The position numbers and the translations under genes are program-made. From IMG/VR virus record IMGVR_UViG_3300020448_000003, positions 1-64,000 of that record: a stretch of 64,000 nucleotides of DNA. The stretch is one strand, 5' to 3'. Positions 1 to 10,017 of the stretch are shown here, piece by piece. Under the pieces are notes generated by a model. It saw only the letters and a program-made list of their open reading frames with translations, ran no database searches and was not told the DNA's origin. This DNA comes from a virus. The stretch's first letter is position 1, and each line of letters opens with the position of its first letter.

Positions 1-2
1 CC

Positions 3-2276
3 AGCAGCAGTTTGAATATCAAACTTTTTATTGTCTGCTTTTATTATTAAGTTATCTGTTATCTCAGTTTCTAACTGAACATCTAATGTACCTTGAATTA
101 CTGTATTACCTGTATCAGTATCAACTGTAAATTTATCTACACCCGCAGCAGTTTGTATCTTGAAGTCTTCGTTATCAGACTTGATGATAACAGTATCATT
201 AATTTCTGTTTGTCCTGCAACAGTAACAGTACCACCAATATGTGCATTCTCAGAAAGTCCAAGACCACCAGTTACAACTAATGTACCAGTTGTAGTTGAT
301 GTAGAACCTGTGTTTGTTGTTAATCTGAGATTACCAGCGATGATAGCAGCGTCTGTACCAGTAAATACTTCATTGGTGTTAGTGGCATTGTAGAGGAACC
401 TAAAGCCACCAGTGCCATTCCAGATATTAGAGTCTGCGTAACTTTCGTCCCATCCATAAAAACCTACCCTTGCTTGTGTGTCGTAATAAGAAAACTCTAC
501 ACCACGATCCTTGTTGTCATCTGCAACAGGAGCAGTGTCACCACCTAGAACGATGATTGGATCATCGACAGTTACCACAGTGGAATTAACAGTAGTGGTT
601 GTACCATCTACTTGTAAGTCACCACGAATCTGAACTTTACCAGTTGCAGCATCGTCGTCACCTGGATCCAAGATCATAGTACCAGCAGTGCTGCTGAGAG
701 TATCGTCTTGGAATTGGAATCCTTCTACATTAACACGATTTGAAACATTTGTCGATGATATTGTTATGTCTTCGTCTGCTGTAATGTTAATACTAGCAGT
801 ACCAGCACCAGCGTTGTTTGAAACAATATCAAGAGTTCTATCAGTTGCGGAAGAGACATTGTGATGAATTTTAAGTGAACCAGCAGTCCTCTCAATAGTT
901 TGTAGAGGAGTGTTACCTGGTCTGTCAAGTTTTATAGAAGCACCGCTTATATTTGTATCAACATTAATATCTACTCCACCAGCATTACTGTTATCGGTGT
1001 TATTAGCACCAAATAAAAGATTTCCAGAAGTGTCATTTACTTTTACATAATTAAGATAATCAAATCCTGTGTGTGCAGTGGAAGTTGTTAGTTCATTATC
1101 TAATTCAAAATCTTGAACTGTATTTCCATCAGTAAATGTAATTTTATTATTCTGCAACTGGTTATTATCAACACCCATTGCAGCAATGGTTACGTGACCA
1201 TTTGAATCTACATCAAAATCTTCTTGTGCAAATGATGCAAGACCTTTCTGTTCAGTACCTTCAGCAGCACAAAATCTCCAACCGTTTGCATCACCAGAAC
1301 TGTGAGTAGGTGCTCCACCACCAGCAGATATAGTTTGAATTGCTTGATATACCTTAGAAGCATTTGCAATTATGTCATAACGATTATATGTTGTTCCTGC
1401 ATCATAAGCAGAATACTTAGATCCTTCTACTGCTGTAGCAATAGGTACGTTCTCTGCTAATGTAATACGACCATATCTATCAACACTAAACTTGGTTGTG
1501 TTAACAGTTTGTGTACCATATGGTTCTGAGTTACTACCAGCAGCGTTAACAGATGTTAATGATTCAGTGTTATAGTTACCAACAACAACTGCTGTATCAG
1601 CAAGATCAATGAATGGGTTTTGTGAACTACCATCAGGTACTGTAAATATAATTCTTCCAGCACCACCAGTTAACTGTCTAGTGGTTATATTTCCTTGAGA
1701 TACTCTAGCAAGTAAACCAACTGTAGATAGTCCTGCTAATGATGTTAAGTCATCATCTAATGGTTGAGCATCAGTAATACCATAGTTTGCAAGTGTAGAT
1801 GCAAGTTCAGCACCAATAACCCTACCTTGTGAGTTAACCCTAACACGAGTGTATAGATCACTAGCATCAGGATCAGCAGGATTATAATGTGGAAGTGTTG
1901 TTATTAATGATAAGTCAGTTGTTAATGTAAGGTTTGATGATCCATCAAAAGAACCTGATCCAGTAACCTGACCAGCAAGTTGAATTTGTCTAGCGTTAGC
2001 AAGACGTGTGGCAGTTGCAGCGTTACCAATAACTGTTGCAGTTATAGCACCAGCTTGGAAGTTACCATCAGCGTCCCTTTTTACAAGTGTATTAGCAGCG
2101 TTTGATTCTGTTTCTAGTGGTCTCTCATATCTTAAACTATTCCACGGAGTTACTCCATCCCCGATTTTAATACGTGATGTATCAATTTCAATACCAAGTT
2201 CACCCTGTGCCAAGATAGGGTTGATGTTTGCCCACTGTTGAGCACCATCACGTCTTAATTGAATTCTATTTGCCAT
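3..2276 (-). CDS. Tail fibre protein, 3' end runs off the window (Mtd_N/hyaluronidase-N-like start, fibre repeats, CBM-like module)
   Basis: Absent from the ORF track because it is truncated. ATG at 2276 reads MANRIQLRRDGAQQWANINPILAQGELGIEIDTSRIKIGDGVTPWNSL. It contains the ATRLANARQIQLAGQVTGSGSFDGS fibre motif, and the same frame is open at the window edge (TDNLIIKADNKKFDIQTAAG). Late promoter upstream. Confidence 0.85.
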   Translation of the reverse strand, partial: MANRIQLRRDGAQQWANINPILAQGELGIEIDTSRIKIGDGVTPWNSLRYERPLETESNAANTLVKRDADGNFQAGAITATVIGNAATATRLANARQIQLAGQVTGSGSFDGSSNLTLTTDLSLITTLPHYNPADPDASDLYTRVRVNSQGRVIGAELASTLANYGITDAQPLDDDLTSLAGLSTVGLLARVSQGNITTRQLTGGAGRIIFTVPDGSSQNPFIDLADTAVVVGNYNTESLTSVNAAGSNSEPYGTQTVNTTKFSVDRYGRITLAENVPIATAVEGSKYSAYDAGTTYNRYDIIANASKVYQAIQTISAGGGAPTHSSGDANGWRFCAAEGTEQKGLASFAQEDFDVDSNGHVTIAAMGVDNNQLQNNKITFTDGNTVQDFELDNELTTSTAHTGFDYLNYVKVNDTSGNLLFGANNTDNSNAGGVDINVDTNISGASIKLDRPGNTPLQTIERTAGSLKIHHNVSSATDRTLDIVSNNAGAGTASINITADEDITISSTNVSNRVNVEGFQFQDDTLSSTAGTMILDPGDDDAATGKVQIRGDLQVDGTTTTVNSTVVTVDDPIIVLGGDTAPVADDNKDRGVEFSYYDTQARVGFYGWDESYADSNIWNGTGGFRFLYNATNTNEVFTGTDAAIIAGNLRLTTNTGSTSTTTGTLVVTGGLGLSENAHIGGTVTVAGQTEINDTVIIKSDNEDFKIQTAAGVDKFTVDTDTGNTVIQGTLDVQLETEITDNLIIKADNKKFDIQTAA

Positions 2277-2317
2277 TGGTTATGGTATCCTACATTTCGG
2301 ACAATATGCCTCCAAGA

Positions 2318-2325
2318 TATTTATA
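2318..2325 (-). promoter_or_regulatory. T4-type late promoter TATAAATA
   Basis: Exact gp55-type consensus about 40 nt upstream of the tail fibre ATG. Confidence 0.8.
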
Positions 2326-2331
2326 ACCGTT

Positions 2332-2353
2332 AAAAAGAGACCTCTCGGTCTCT
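2332..2353 (-). terminator. Rho-independent terminator
   Basis: AGAGACC-GAGA-GGTCTCT followed by a T run (GNRA loop), directly after ORF 2361..2582. Confidence 0.85.
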
Positions 2354-2360
2354 CTCTAAA

Positions 2361-2582
2361 TTATTGTGCTCCCCCTGCATCAACATTGTCAACAGTAGGT
2401 TCACCATCTGAGAGGATGTACTCCAGCGTTTCTATAGCACCTTGGAGTTTTAGTGCTTGTTGTTCATTCTGTCGAATCTTTTGAGCCATCTGTTGGTTCT
2501 CATCGACATATGCTTTTAATCTAGTTTTGAAATCAGAAAGTAGTTTTTCCTGATCTACAGTTTCAGGTGCGTCAGCAGTCAT
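2361..2582 (-). CDS. Small coiled-coil hypothetical protein (possible fibre chaperone)
   Basis: 73 aa with heptad pattern, coupled to the upstream gene. Confidence 0.7.
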   Translation of the reverse strand: MTADAPETVDQEKLLSDFKTRLKAYVDENQQMAQKIRQNEQQALKLQGAIETLEYILSDGEPTVDNVDAGGAQ

Positions 2583-2809
2583 TTGTTTAATAAAGATTGT
2601 TTAATTAAGTTTTTCAACTCAGATAATTCTGATTTTAGCACATCCATATCTTTTTGCATAGTTTCGATTTTGAGATCCTTCTCTTGTCGTCTTTTAGCAG
2701 CAGATCCTGGAGGGGTTGCTTTTGTATTTAGTATGGCACCAGACTTGGTATCTCGTACTAATTCAGGTTTACCTTTGACGTGTTGAAATTCAGGTTTCTT
2801 AGAGGTCAC
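2579..2809 (-). CDS. Conserved T4-like cyanophage hypothetical protein with C-terminal coiled coil
   Basis: VKGKPELVRDTKSGAILN motif plus coiled coil, the type usually found after VrlC-like genes. Confidence 0.75.
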   Translation of the reverse strand: MTSKKPEFQHVKGKPELVRDTKSGAILNTKATPPGSAAKRRQEKDLKIETMQKDMDVLKSELSELKNLIKQSLLNK

Positions 2810-5800
2810 TTAAAGCTAATACACGAAGGTTTTTAATTTCGGGTACGTATGCTTGGTTTCGAGATGTCATAATAATTTTAATCTGAGCAGCAGTGAATTC
2901 AGCACCTGTGTAGGTGTATTCTAAATCCCTGAGAAGATATGCTTCAGTCTTTTGAACTGTCTTATCTTCCAATCCGTTTCCGTTAAAATATATATACCCT
3001 ATTTCATCGAAAGTAATAGACGCACCAACAGGTTGTATACGATACATAACGTGAATTTCAGTATCAGGATGTCTCCATCCTTCAAACTGAACCTTCAAGG
3101 TATTCGCTGGATTCAGTAAGTTCATAGTCTTACTGATGTAAACAGCATCATTTTTATCACCACTTCTTTGCTCTGCGTTAGAATTAGCAGGATCAATCTG
3201 GTTGATTCTATTAGAAGTTGTAATTAATGAACAACGATCTGTATCAACCACAGGTGACAAGTTAGCGTTAGTTGAACTCATTAGCAAGTTCATAGTCAAT
3301 GACTTAGAACCACTTAGTTTTGCATCTTCGTTAACTTTAGAACATACCAATTTAGGGAATGTCATATAGTTATCTTCGTTTGCAATACAGTCTAAGTATA
3401 CACCATCATTAATGAATGATGCTTCACTCACGTTTGCACCATTAAGTATGGATGTAGCAGAGACTGCGTTCAATCTAGGAATAATATCCGTTTCAGGGAA
3501 GTTATTCATTTCAAGTTGTGGATAGAACTGTTCAAACTGAATGTTCTGTGTAGCAGTAACACCTTCACCACCATTCTGAACTCCGTTTGTAGATACAGAT
3601 GTGACTGCAACCTTATACGAGTCAAGAGTTGGTGAACCAATAGCAGTGTGTAACTTGTTAATTTCTGTTAGAGGAATACCATCTAAGTTATAACACTCAA
3701 TAATACTTGTATTACTATGTGCTAAAGCAGCAGTTCCACCTTTACCACGAGAACCAGAAGGTAATGTAATAATCTTACCGTCAGATGATATATTACTGTA
3801 CTCAATAATTTCAAAATGTTTCTGACTGATTTCAGGATCACGAATAATAATGTATCCAACGTTGGATGTTGCAACAGAAGCACCATTGATCGTTGTATGG
3901 AACGCTGAAGCATCTTGAACGTGTAACTGGAAGGTTCCTGAAACCGCATCCGCAGCTGTAATACCATTTGTATGATATGCAGAGTCAATGATTGTAGGAG
4001 CAACTTCTGAAATTACACCCTCTAGTTTTACATTATTAGCAGTATCGTGCATACAATGGTTAGCGTGCATCACTTCGATCTCAGTAGCTTGGTTGAAGTA
4101 TGAGATAGGAGCAGCAGGATAATCATTGATATCATCTCCAGTTGCATTGATACCACCAGCAGCTATAGTTCCTGATCCAGTTGTAGCACCACTTGTTGTT
4201 TGTGTTATAGCATCACCCACAGCAAACGTACCTGTAACAGATTTAATTGAAACAACACCAGTTCCTGAATTAAATGCAGTCACCATACCTGATGCTCCTG
4301 AACCGTTTGTTATTGTATTATTTGAATCGAATGTACCTGTTACACCAGTTAGTGTTATATCAGCAAGTGATCTAGAAGATACAAGTCTATAGATGTAACT
4401 AGCACCAGATGCAACACCTTCTCTGAAAGTTCCTGCAACGTCATCTACAATGATGTAAGCATTAGATGATCCTTGTACACCTTGTACAACTTGTCTGATG
4501 ATAGCAGATGGTACAGGGGATGTATCAGTCTGTGTAATCTCAGCACCAATAGTAAAGTTTGCTTGGTGATCGGAAAGGATAATCTTAATCTCTGGTTTTA
4601 GAGTTCTGATTGGATTTGCTCTTAGTTGAGAAATACCACTGTTACCTATAGCAAGTTCAGCATTATTGAATACAGCAGTACCTGTTGAGTTAGCAGTAAA
4701 TTGTGCTTTATATAATGTGAATTTTAAATCTTCATACTGGTCAGCAGTCCAAGTAGATGCGTTCTGTGATTTGAATAGAACACCAGCATAGGGTTGTTCA
4801 GATATAGTTCTGTCATTAGTAACATCATCCTCACCCATTCTTGATATCCAGAGTTTGAATTCGTTAGAGTCAGAAAGAACAACTAAACAGTATTCTCTAT
4901 TTTCTGTAACGTATACAGGTGAATCAAATGTAAATCTTGTGGCAACTGTACCATTCTCAGATAGATTGATCTGTGAAGGTAAAAGTGTAACGTCAGAGAA
5001 AGCAAGAACCTTAGTAGTTGGATAACCATTTGCCATCTCTCTAACCTGTACTGATACAGGAATTCTCTCATCTCTTGTATTGAAATATAACTCACAACTC
5101 GTTAAGAATGCACCACCTTTAGATTCAACTAAGAATGATTGTGCAAGAGGGTCATACCAACCTGTGTCTCTAGTTACGTTACTTGTAGTGTTATTAACAG
5201 TTCTATCTTGTGTAACTGTATCTCTTACAATATCAGCATTTCTAACAGCAAAGATTGTTGTCTGTTTAGTTTCAATAACACCTGACGCAACATAGTTAGC
5301 AGATGCAGCAGAGTCAACTTGACCTGGTACTCTAGAGTCAGTGTCTGATGTAGTAAGTCTTACAACACGTGTACCTGTAGCAAATCTTGGGTTAGTTGAT
5401 ACACGTGGGTTGGGTATCCACATAATACCTTCCATATCACCGTTAGTGTTTGCAACTAAACGTTTTGTCTTAACAACAGCACGAGCACCAGATGTTTGTC
5501 CTACAAGAATTTCAGTTTCAATAGGATTACCATAATATGCACCAGCAACTGTTTCTGACATTGTTTTAGTATCAATGTTTAAGAAACCTGTTGTAGAAGC
5601 ATAAGATGTTGGGAGATCAGATCCATCATAAGGTGATTTACCATCATCAAATCCTGTTTCAGGACTTACAATTTTTAATCTACATCCAGATGTTTGACCG
5701 ACAACAGTTTCATCAGTAACAAATGGTGTGTTATTTGTACGACTATCATCAACTGGATTTTTAATAACTTCAATTAATCTTGGAGTTGTATAGTAATTTA

Positions 5801-8800
5801 CATCTACGTTATCAATAAAGGCATAGAATCTTGTATTTGGTTTTAGACGCTGGATCTTAAACGCAATGTTTCTTGATCTAATAAAAGGTATTACTGTTTT
5901 TTCTAAAGTACGATCACCCATATTTTGACGATCAATTCTAGGTGTAACTCTACTTCTGATACCAGAACGTGACTGGTTACTTACAGTGTTTGTAGTTGTT
6001 GTAGTAATTCTTCTAATATATGGCCACTGACCTCTTCTCATAGTCTGTGTATCAGATCTACTAGAAGCGGAAGACCAGTTTGTTCTCCAAGAGTTCCACT
6101 GTGTTGGAACAAATCCAGTGTTTACATCACCACCAAGACGTTGGATACTAGCAGTAAAGTCACCTTCAATATTAACAACTCTATCTGGTACTCTACGTGT
6201 ATCAACCCAGTCATCAGAAGATGGATATAAATCTAATCTACCAATATAAGCAAACACGTTGAATGGGTTTACGTTCTCAACTCTAGAAGCATATGGTTGA
6301 ACAATAAATGTACTTTCAACATATGGAAGTGTTAAAGTTCCTGTTGAATGAAGAGTAACATTACTAGATGAAGTACCATTATATTCTAGAGGTACGTTCG
6401 TTGTATAATGGGACGCACGCATAGTACCATCAGCAAAGTCTAGAGCACAAGCAAAGTCTTCGTGTGTTGATTCAGCTGAGTCAAAACTTGTAAAATTATC
6501 TACAAGGAATCCGTTTTTAAATTTATCAAAACCATCACTATCTTTGATAGGTAGAGATGCAGTTTCAAGTTCAAGAAGAGATAGTGAAGTATAATATTCT
6601 AAGTTATCAACTCTTCTTTCAATAAGACCAATATCACGCATAGTAAATCGTCTATTGTTTTCTCTAACAATATGAACTCCTTCAGGACCATATCCATATG
6701 GTTCGTGATATAAAGTAGCAAGTAACATTGCATTATCAATATTAGCTGGTACATCATCTGCCTCACCAGGTATACCCTTTGCAACTTTGAATCCTTGCTG
6801 GTCTGTTAAGAATAACTTATCAATTCTTCCAACATAATAATCATAGTCACAACGGAAATCTGATTCTGGTTTTGGAATATCAATAACCGTGGCGTTATTT
6901 GCAACACCACCTGAAGCAAATCCTCTATCTTTAAAGTCTAACGATGCACAGTTAACATAGTATGGTGAACTAACAGTTCCTGATCCAGATAAAACTGGAG
7001 TAACGGCAGGACGGAAATCAAGAACATCTCTAAGTTCTCTTGTTTCACCAGCAAATTTTATTGCTGGAATATCTTTATAATCAATACCAACGTATGATTG
7101 TGATGCAAAATAGTCACCTGTTGCTTCGTGTGTGAATCTGTCAAAGACTATTGCTAATTTACGAAGAGGTGCACTAGAAGCAGCAAACTTAATTAATTTA
7201 GATATGTCATAAAAATGACCTTGTTGGTTAGGATCTAAGTAGAAGTTATCTGTAATATTACGAGAACCATTATTAATTGATCCATCAGCATCATTAATAA
7301 GACCAGTAATTATATTACCATTAGCATCAAAACCTTGTACAGTTTCACCAAGTGAGAATAGACTTTCATTTTCATATACAAAATGACAAACATATGAAAC
7401 AGAGTTAAAGTTTACAACACGTGCCTTTGCTTTAGATGTCTGTCCTTCAATAATTGTACCTTTGTTAAAGATAGTAGCATCCTGCATTGTCAAATTAGGA
7501 ATCACAGCAGCATTATCATCATTTGATTCATATACAGCGTGTATATTATAAACGTCTGTAGATCCTAAAGATATCTCTTCATCTTCAATACGAGTTCCAT
7601 ACAATGATCCGTATGACAAACCATATTTAACATTATCAGATGAGTTAGCAGTTTTCTCTACTTTCATAACTTCCATCTGAGTTGCGTTTTTAAGTTTCTT
7701 CTCAGCTGAGTTTTTAGAAACTGATGCAACTAAACGTACTGTATTTACACCTGTAAGACCAGATACTGTTAAGGAAGTTCTCGGTGTACCTGTGCTATTA
7801 AATGAGAGGTTGCTTTCGATGTCGATAAGTGTTCCTGCGGTTGGTGCGAGTTCCACCAAGGCATAATGATCTTTATCATATGCCAAAAACTGTTCGTCTG
7901 CTGGTAAGGAAATAGTAAAGTCATTTGCTCCTGTAACTGTAATGTCGTCAAATGAACGTGCAACTATTGCAGATTCATCTGAGATGGACTTGATTGATTC
8001 TTTGGGCATCTCAATCATCAAGTCAGCAGTTTCTCTATCATATATTTGTGGTCTTTGACGAACCATAAATCCATAATCTCCTGCTGGAATATTGTTACCA
8101 CTATAAGTTGCTGTAGTTGCACTTGTTAGATTGTTATCAATATTTGTTCCTGATAAGTTGATAAGATCAATGTATAAAGTATTACTATTGTTAAATGTTA
8201 ATTGATCACCTGGTCTGAGGTCTAAAGTAAAGTTAGACTGTGTACCAGTAATAGTACCAGTACCACCACTAGAACTAACATTAAAGTTAGATCCAAGAAT
8301 GATTGTTTCTTGATCTAATAGGAAATCACCAGCAAAAATAATTGCATTTGTATCAGGATCTTTACCTATCATTCCTTTAGCATCAGTTATTTCGTGTGTA
8401 AATGTTTCAACAACTGTTCCAATTTCTACACCATCTCTCTCAATAACTTCACCAGTTTTAAACTGTCCATATGACTGATACAATTTAATAAGATCAACAC
8501 CATTATAATCTGCCTCTACAAATGCTTTTGCTTTAGAGGTACGTCCTCTAATAACGTGACCTTGTGCTACTGTTACACTTTGACTTAACTTCATCAAAGT
8601 TAGTGGTTGTAGATCAAATACGTATGCTTTGAATACTGTAGAAGCAGATGTTACGTTAGTACCATTATGATATTCATATGCAGCGACACGACCATAACCA
8701 ATGACATTACCAGTTGCAGCTAAAGATCCGTTAGGTTTAACATCTCTAAACTCAACAACTTGATAGTTTTCTGTAATACTGTTTCCATTTACAATAGGAG

Positions 8801-10013
8801 AACCCTTTACATTATTCATCAACATATAATTGCCGAGTTCAAATGGAACGATAGAGTTTTGTAATGCAACAGTAGTTCTTGATTTTTCTAAATCTACAAA
8901 AGTAGGAACTAGAGTTTCAGATTCATAACCTCTTACATATGCCTTTCCAGGTCCAACTTCAATTACATAATATGCTTCTGATGCTGTTATACCACCAGGT
9001 GATGTTGATCCTTGTAAATATACACCGCCATTTGCACCATCATTCTTATGCTCTCTAATACGAACATCAAAGTCACGAATAGTATAATCACCAGACTCAT
9101 CAAATGTTCTTCTTGCAAGTTCTCTTGCTAATTCATTATATGCTGAACGTTCTACAAAAGTTTCAATCTGAGATTGATTGATTCTTAAAAGTTCAATAAA
9201 GTTTTTATCTGTATCATCATCAATAACTTTCTTAACTAAAGAAGTTCTAATTCTAAATCTATGACCACCTGGTGCAGAATAATTAGACGTACCTGTGGCA
9301 TTATCGTTTAGATTTGGATCGTCTTCTGGAGTAACAATAGATTCAAAAATTTCAAGACCAACTCTATACGAAGGATTGTTTGTATATTGATCAAGAATAA
9401 TTGTTTGTTCAGAGACATCAACAAAATATCCACGAATGAAATATACACCACTAGCAATAGTTGCAGTAGAACCTACAGCAGTAGAGTTAGTAGGTAACAA
9501 CTGTGCAAATGGAGTTCCAACTTCAATAAGTGAATTACCATAAGTTATTTCAGTCTCAGATATTAACTGCTCGTTATTTACAAATGTTCTTTCAGTAGAT
9601 TCATCACCACCAGATGTTAGATACTTAACATATAATGTGATATATCCACGAGATGATTCTGTTGCTGGAATTGAAGATATAACTTTTGCTTTTACACCTG
9701 TAGTTAAACCACTTATAATTGTTCCAGTTAAATTAGTTCTATATTGCTCAACATCTGCTCCTAAAAATGATCCTTGAAGTAATACTGCTTTTGCATCTAA
9801 GTCATAACCTATTTGACCAGGAATGACCATCGAGCCATCCTTGAACATATGAGTACCAAAAGATTCAATCTGATTCTGCATCAAAGATTGCAGAGTTGTT
9901 AATTCTCTTGCTTGAATCGGATAACCAGGACGAAATAGAACTCGATAAAAGTTATTTGCTTTATCGAAATCGTCGAAGTATGGCGATATGTTCAGATTGG
10001 TATTCTGTGGCAT
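2799..10013 (-). CDS. vrlC: VrlC-like (DUF4815) large virion structural protein
   Basis: N-terminus MPQNTNLNISPYFDDFD...VLFRPGYPIQARELTTLQS; FKNGFLVDNF and WYDPLAQSF motifs; adjacent to gp8. Confidence 0.85.
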   Translation of the reverse strand: MPQNTNLNISPYFDDFDKANNFYRVLFRPGYPIQARELTTLQSLMQNQIESFGTHMFKDGSMVIPGQIGYDLDAKAVLLQGSFLGADVEQYRTNLTGTIISGLTTGVKAKVISSIPATESSRGYITLYVKYLTSGGDESTERTFVNNEQLISETEITYGNSLIEVGTPFAQLLPTNSTAVGSTATIASGVYFIRGYFVDVSEQTIILDQYTNNPSYRVGLEIFESIVTPEDDPNLNDNATGTSNYSAPGGHRFRIRTSLVKKVIDDDTDKNFIELLRINQSQIETFVERSAYNELARELARRTFDESGDYTIRDFDVRIREHKNDGANGGVYLQGSTSPGGITASEAYYVIEVGPGKAYVRGYESETLVPTFVDLEKSRTTVALQNSIVPFELGNYMLMNNVKGSPIVNGNSITENYQVVEFRDVKPNGSLAATGNVIGYGRVAAYEYHNGTNVTSASTVFKAYVFDLQPLTLMKLSQSVTVAQGHVIRGRTSKAKAFVEADYNGVDLIKLYQSYGQFKTGEVIERDGVEIGTVVETFTHEITDAKGMIGKDPDTNAIIFAGDFLLDQETIILGSNFNVSSSGGTGTITGTQSNFTLDLRPGDQLTFNNSNTLYIDLINLSGTNIDNNLTSATTATYSGNNIPAGDYGFMVRQRPQIYDRETADLMIEMPKESIKSISDESAIVARSFDDITVTGANDFTISLPADEQFLAYDKDHYALVELAPTAGTLIDIESNLSFNSTGTPRTSLTVSGLTGVNTVRLVASVSKNSAEKKLKNATQMEVMKVEKTANSSDNVKYGLSYGSLYGTRIEDEEISLGSTDVYNIHAVYESNDDNAAVIPNLTMQDATIFNKGTIIEGQTSKAKARVVNFNSVSYVCHFVYENESLFSLGETVQGFDANGNIITGLINDADGSINNGSRNITDNFYLDPNQQGHFYDISKLIKFAASSAPLRKLAIVFDRFTHEATGDYFASQSYVGIDYKDIPAIKFAGETRELRDVLDFRPAVTPVLSGSGTVSSPYYVNCASLDFKDRGFASGGVANNATVIDIPKPESDFRCDYDYYVGRIDKLFLTDQQGFKVAKGIPGEADDVPANIDNAMLLATLYHEPYGYGPEGVHIVRENNRRFTMRDIGLIERRVDNLEYYTSLSLLELETASLPIKDSDGFDKFKNGFLVDNFTSFDSAESTHEDFACALDFADGTMRASHYTTNVPLEYNGTSSSNVTLHSTGTLTLPYVESTFIVQPYASRVENVNPFNVFAYIGRLDLYPSSDDWVDTRRVPDRVVNIEGDFTASIQRLGGDVNTGFVPTQWNSWRTNWSSASSRSDTQTMRRGQWPYIRRITTTTTNTVSNQSRSGIRSRVTPRIDRQNMGDRTLEKTVIPFIRSRNIAFKIQRLKPNTRFYAFIDNVDVNYYTTPRLIEVIKNPVDDSRTNNTPFVTDETVVGQTSGCRLKIVSPETGFDDGKSPYDGSDLPTSYASTTGFLNIDTKTMSETVAGAYYGNPIETEILVGQTSGARAVVKTKRLVANTNGDMEGIMWIPNPRVSTNPRFATGTRVVRLTTSDTDSRVPGQVDSAASANYVASGVIETKQTTIFAVRNADIVRDTVTQDRTVNNTTSNVTRDTGWYDPLAQSFLVESKGGAFLTSCELYFNTRDERIPVSVQVREMANGYPTTKVLAFSDVTLLPSQINLSENGTVATRFTFDSPVYVTENREYCLVVLSDSNEFKLWISRMGEDDVTNDRTISEQPYAGVLFKSQNASTWTADQYEDLKFTLYKAQFTANSTGTAVFNNAELAIGNSGISQLRANPIRTLKPEIKIILSDHQANFTIGAEITQTDTSPVPSAIIRQVVQGVQGSSNAYIIVDDVAGTFREGVASGASYIYRLVSSRSLADITLTGVTGTFDSNNTITNGSGASGMVTAFNSGTGVVSIKSVTGTFAVGDAITQTTSGATTGSGTIAAGGINATGDDINDYPAAPISYFNQATEIEVMHANHCMHDTANNVKLEGVISEVAPTIIDSAYHTNGITAADAVSGTFQLHVQDASAFHTTINGASVATSNVGYIIIRDPEISQKHFEIIEYSNISSDGKIITLPSGSRGKGGTAALAHSNTSIIECYNLDGIPLTEINKLHTAIGSPTLDSYKVAVTSVSTNGVQNGGEGVTATQNIQFEQFYPQLEMNNFPETDIIPRLNAVSATSILNGANVSEASFINDGVYLDCIANEDNYMTFPKLVCSKVNEDAKLSGSKSLTMNLLMSSTNANLSPVVDTDRCSLITTSNRINQIDPANSNAEQRSGDKNDAVYISKTMNLLNPANTLKVQFEGWRHPDTEIHVMYRIQPVGASITFDEIGYIYFNGNGLEDKTVQKTEAYLLRDLEYTYTGAEFTAAQIKIIMTSRNQAYVPEIKNLRVLALSDL

Positions 10014-10017
10014 TGTT

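Noticed and set aside
3-2276. Diversity-generating retroelement suggested by the Mtd_N-like domain
   Set aside because: No reverse transcriptase or template/variable repeat pair is visible in the window
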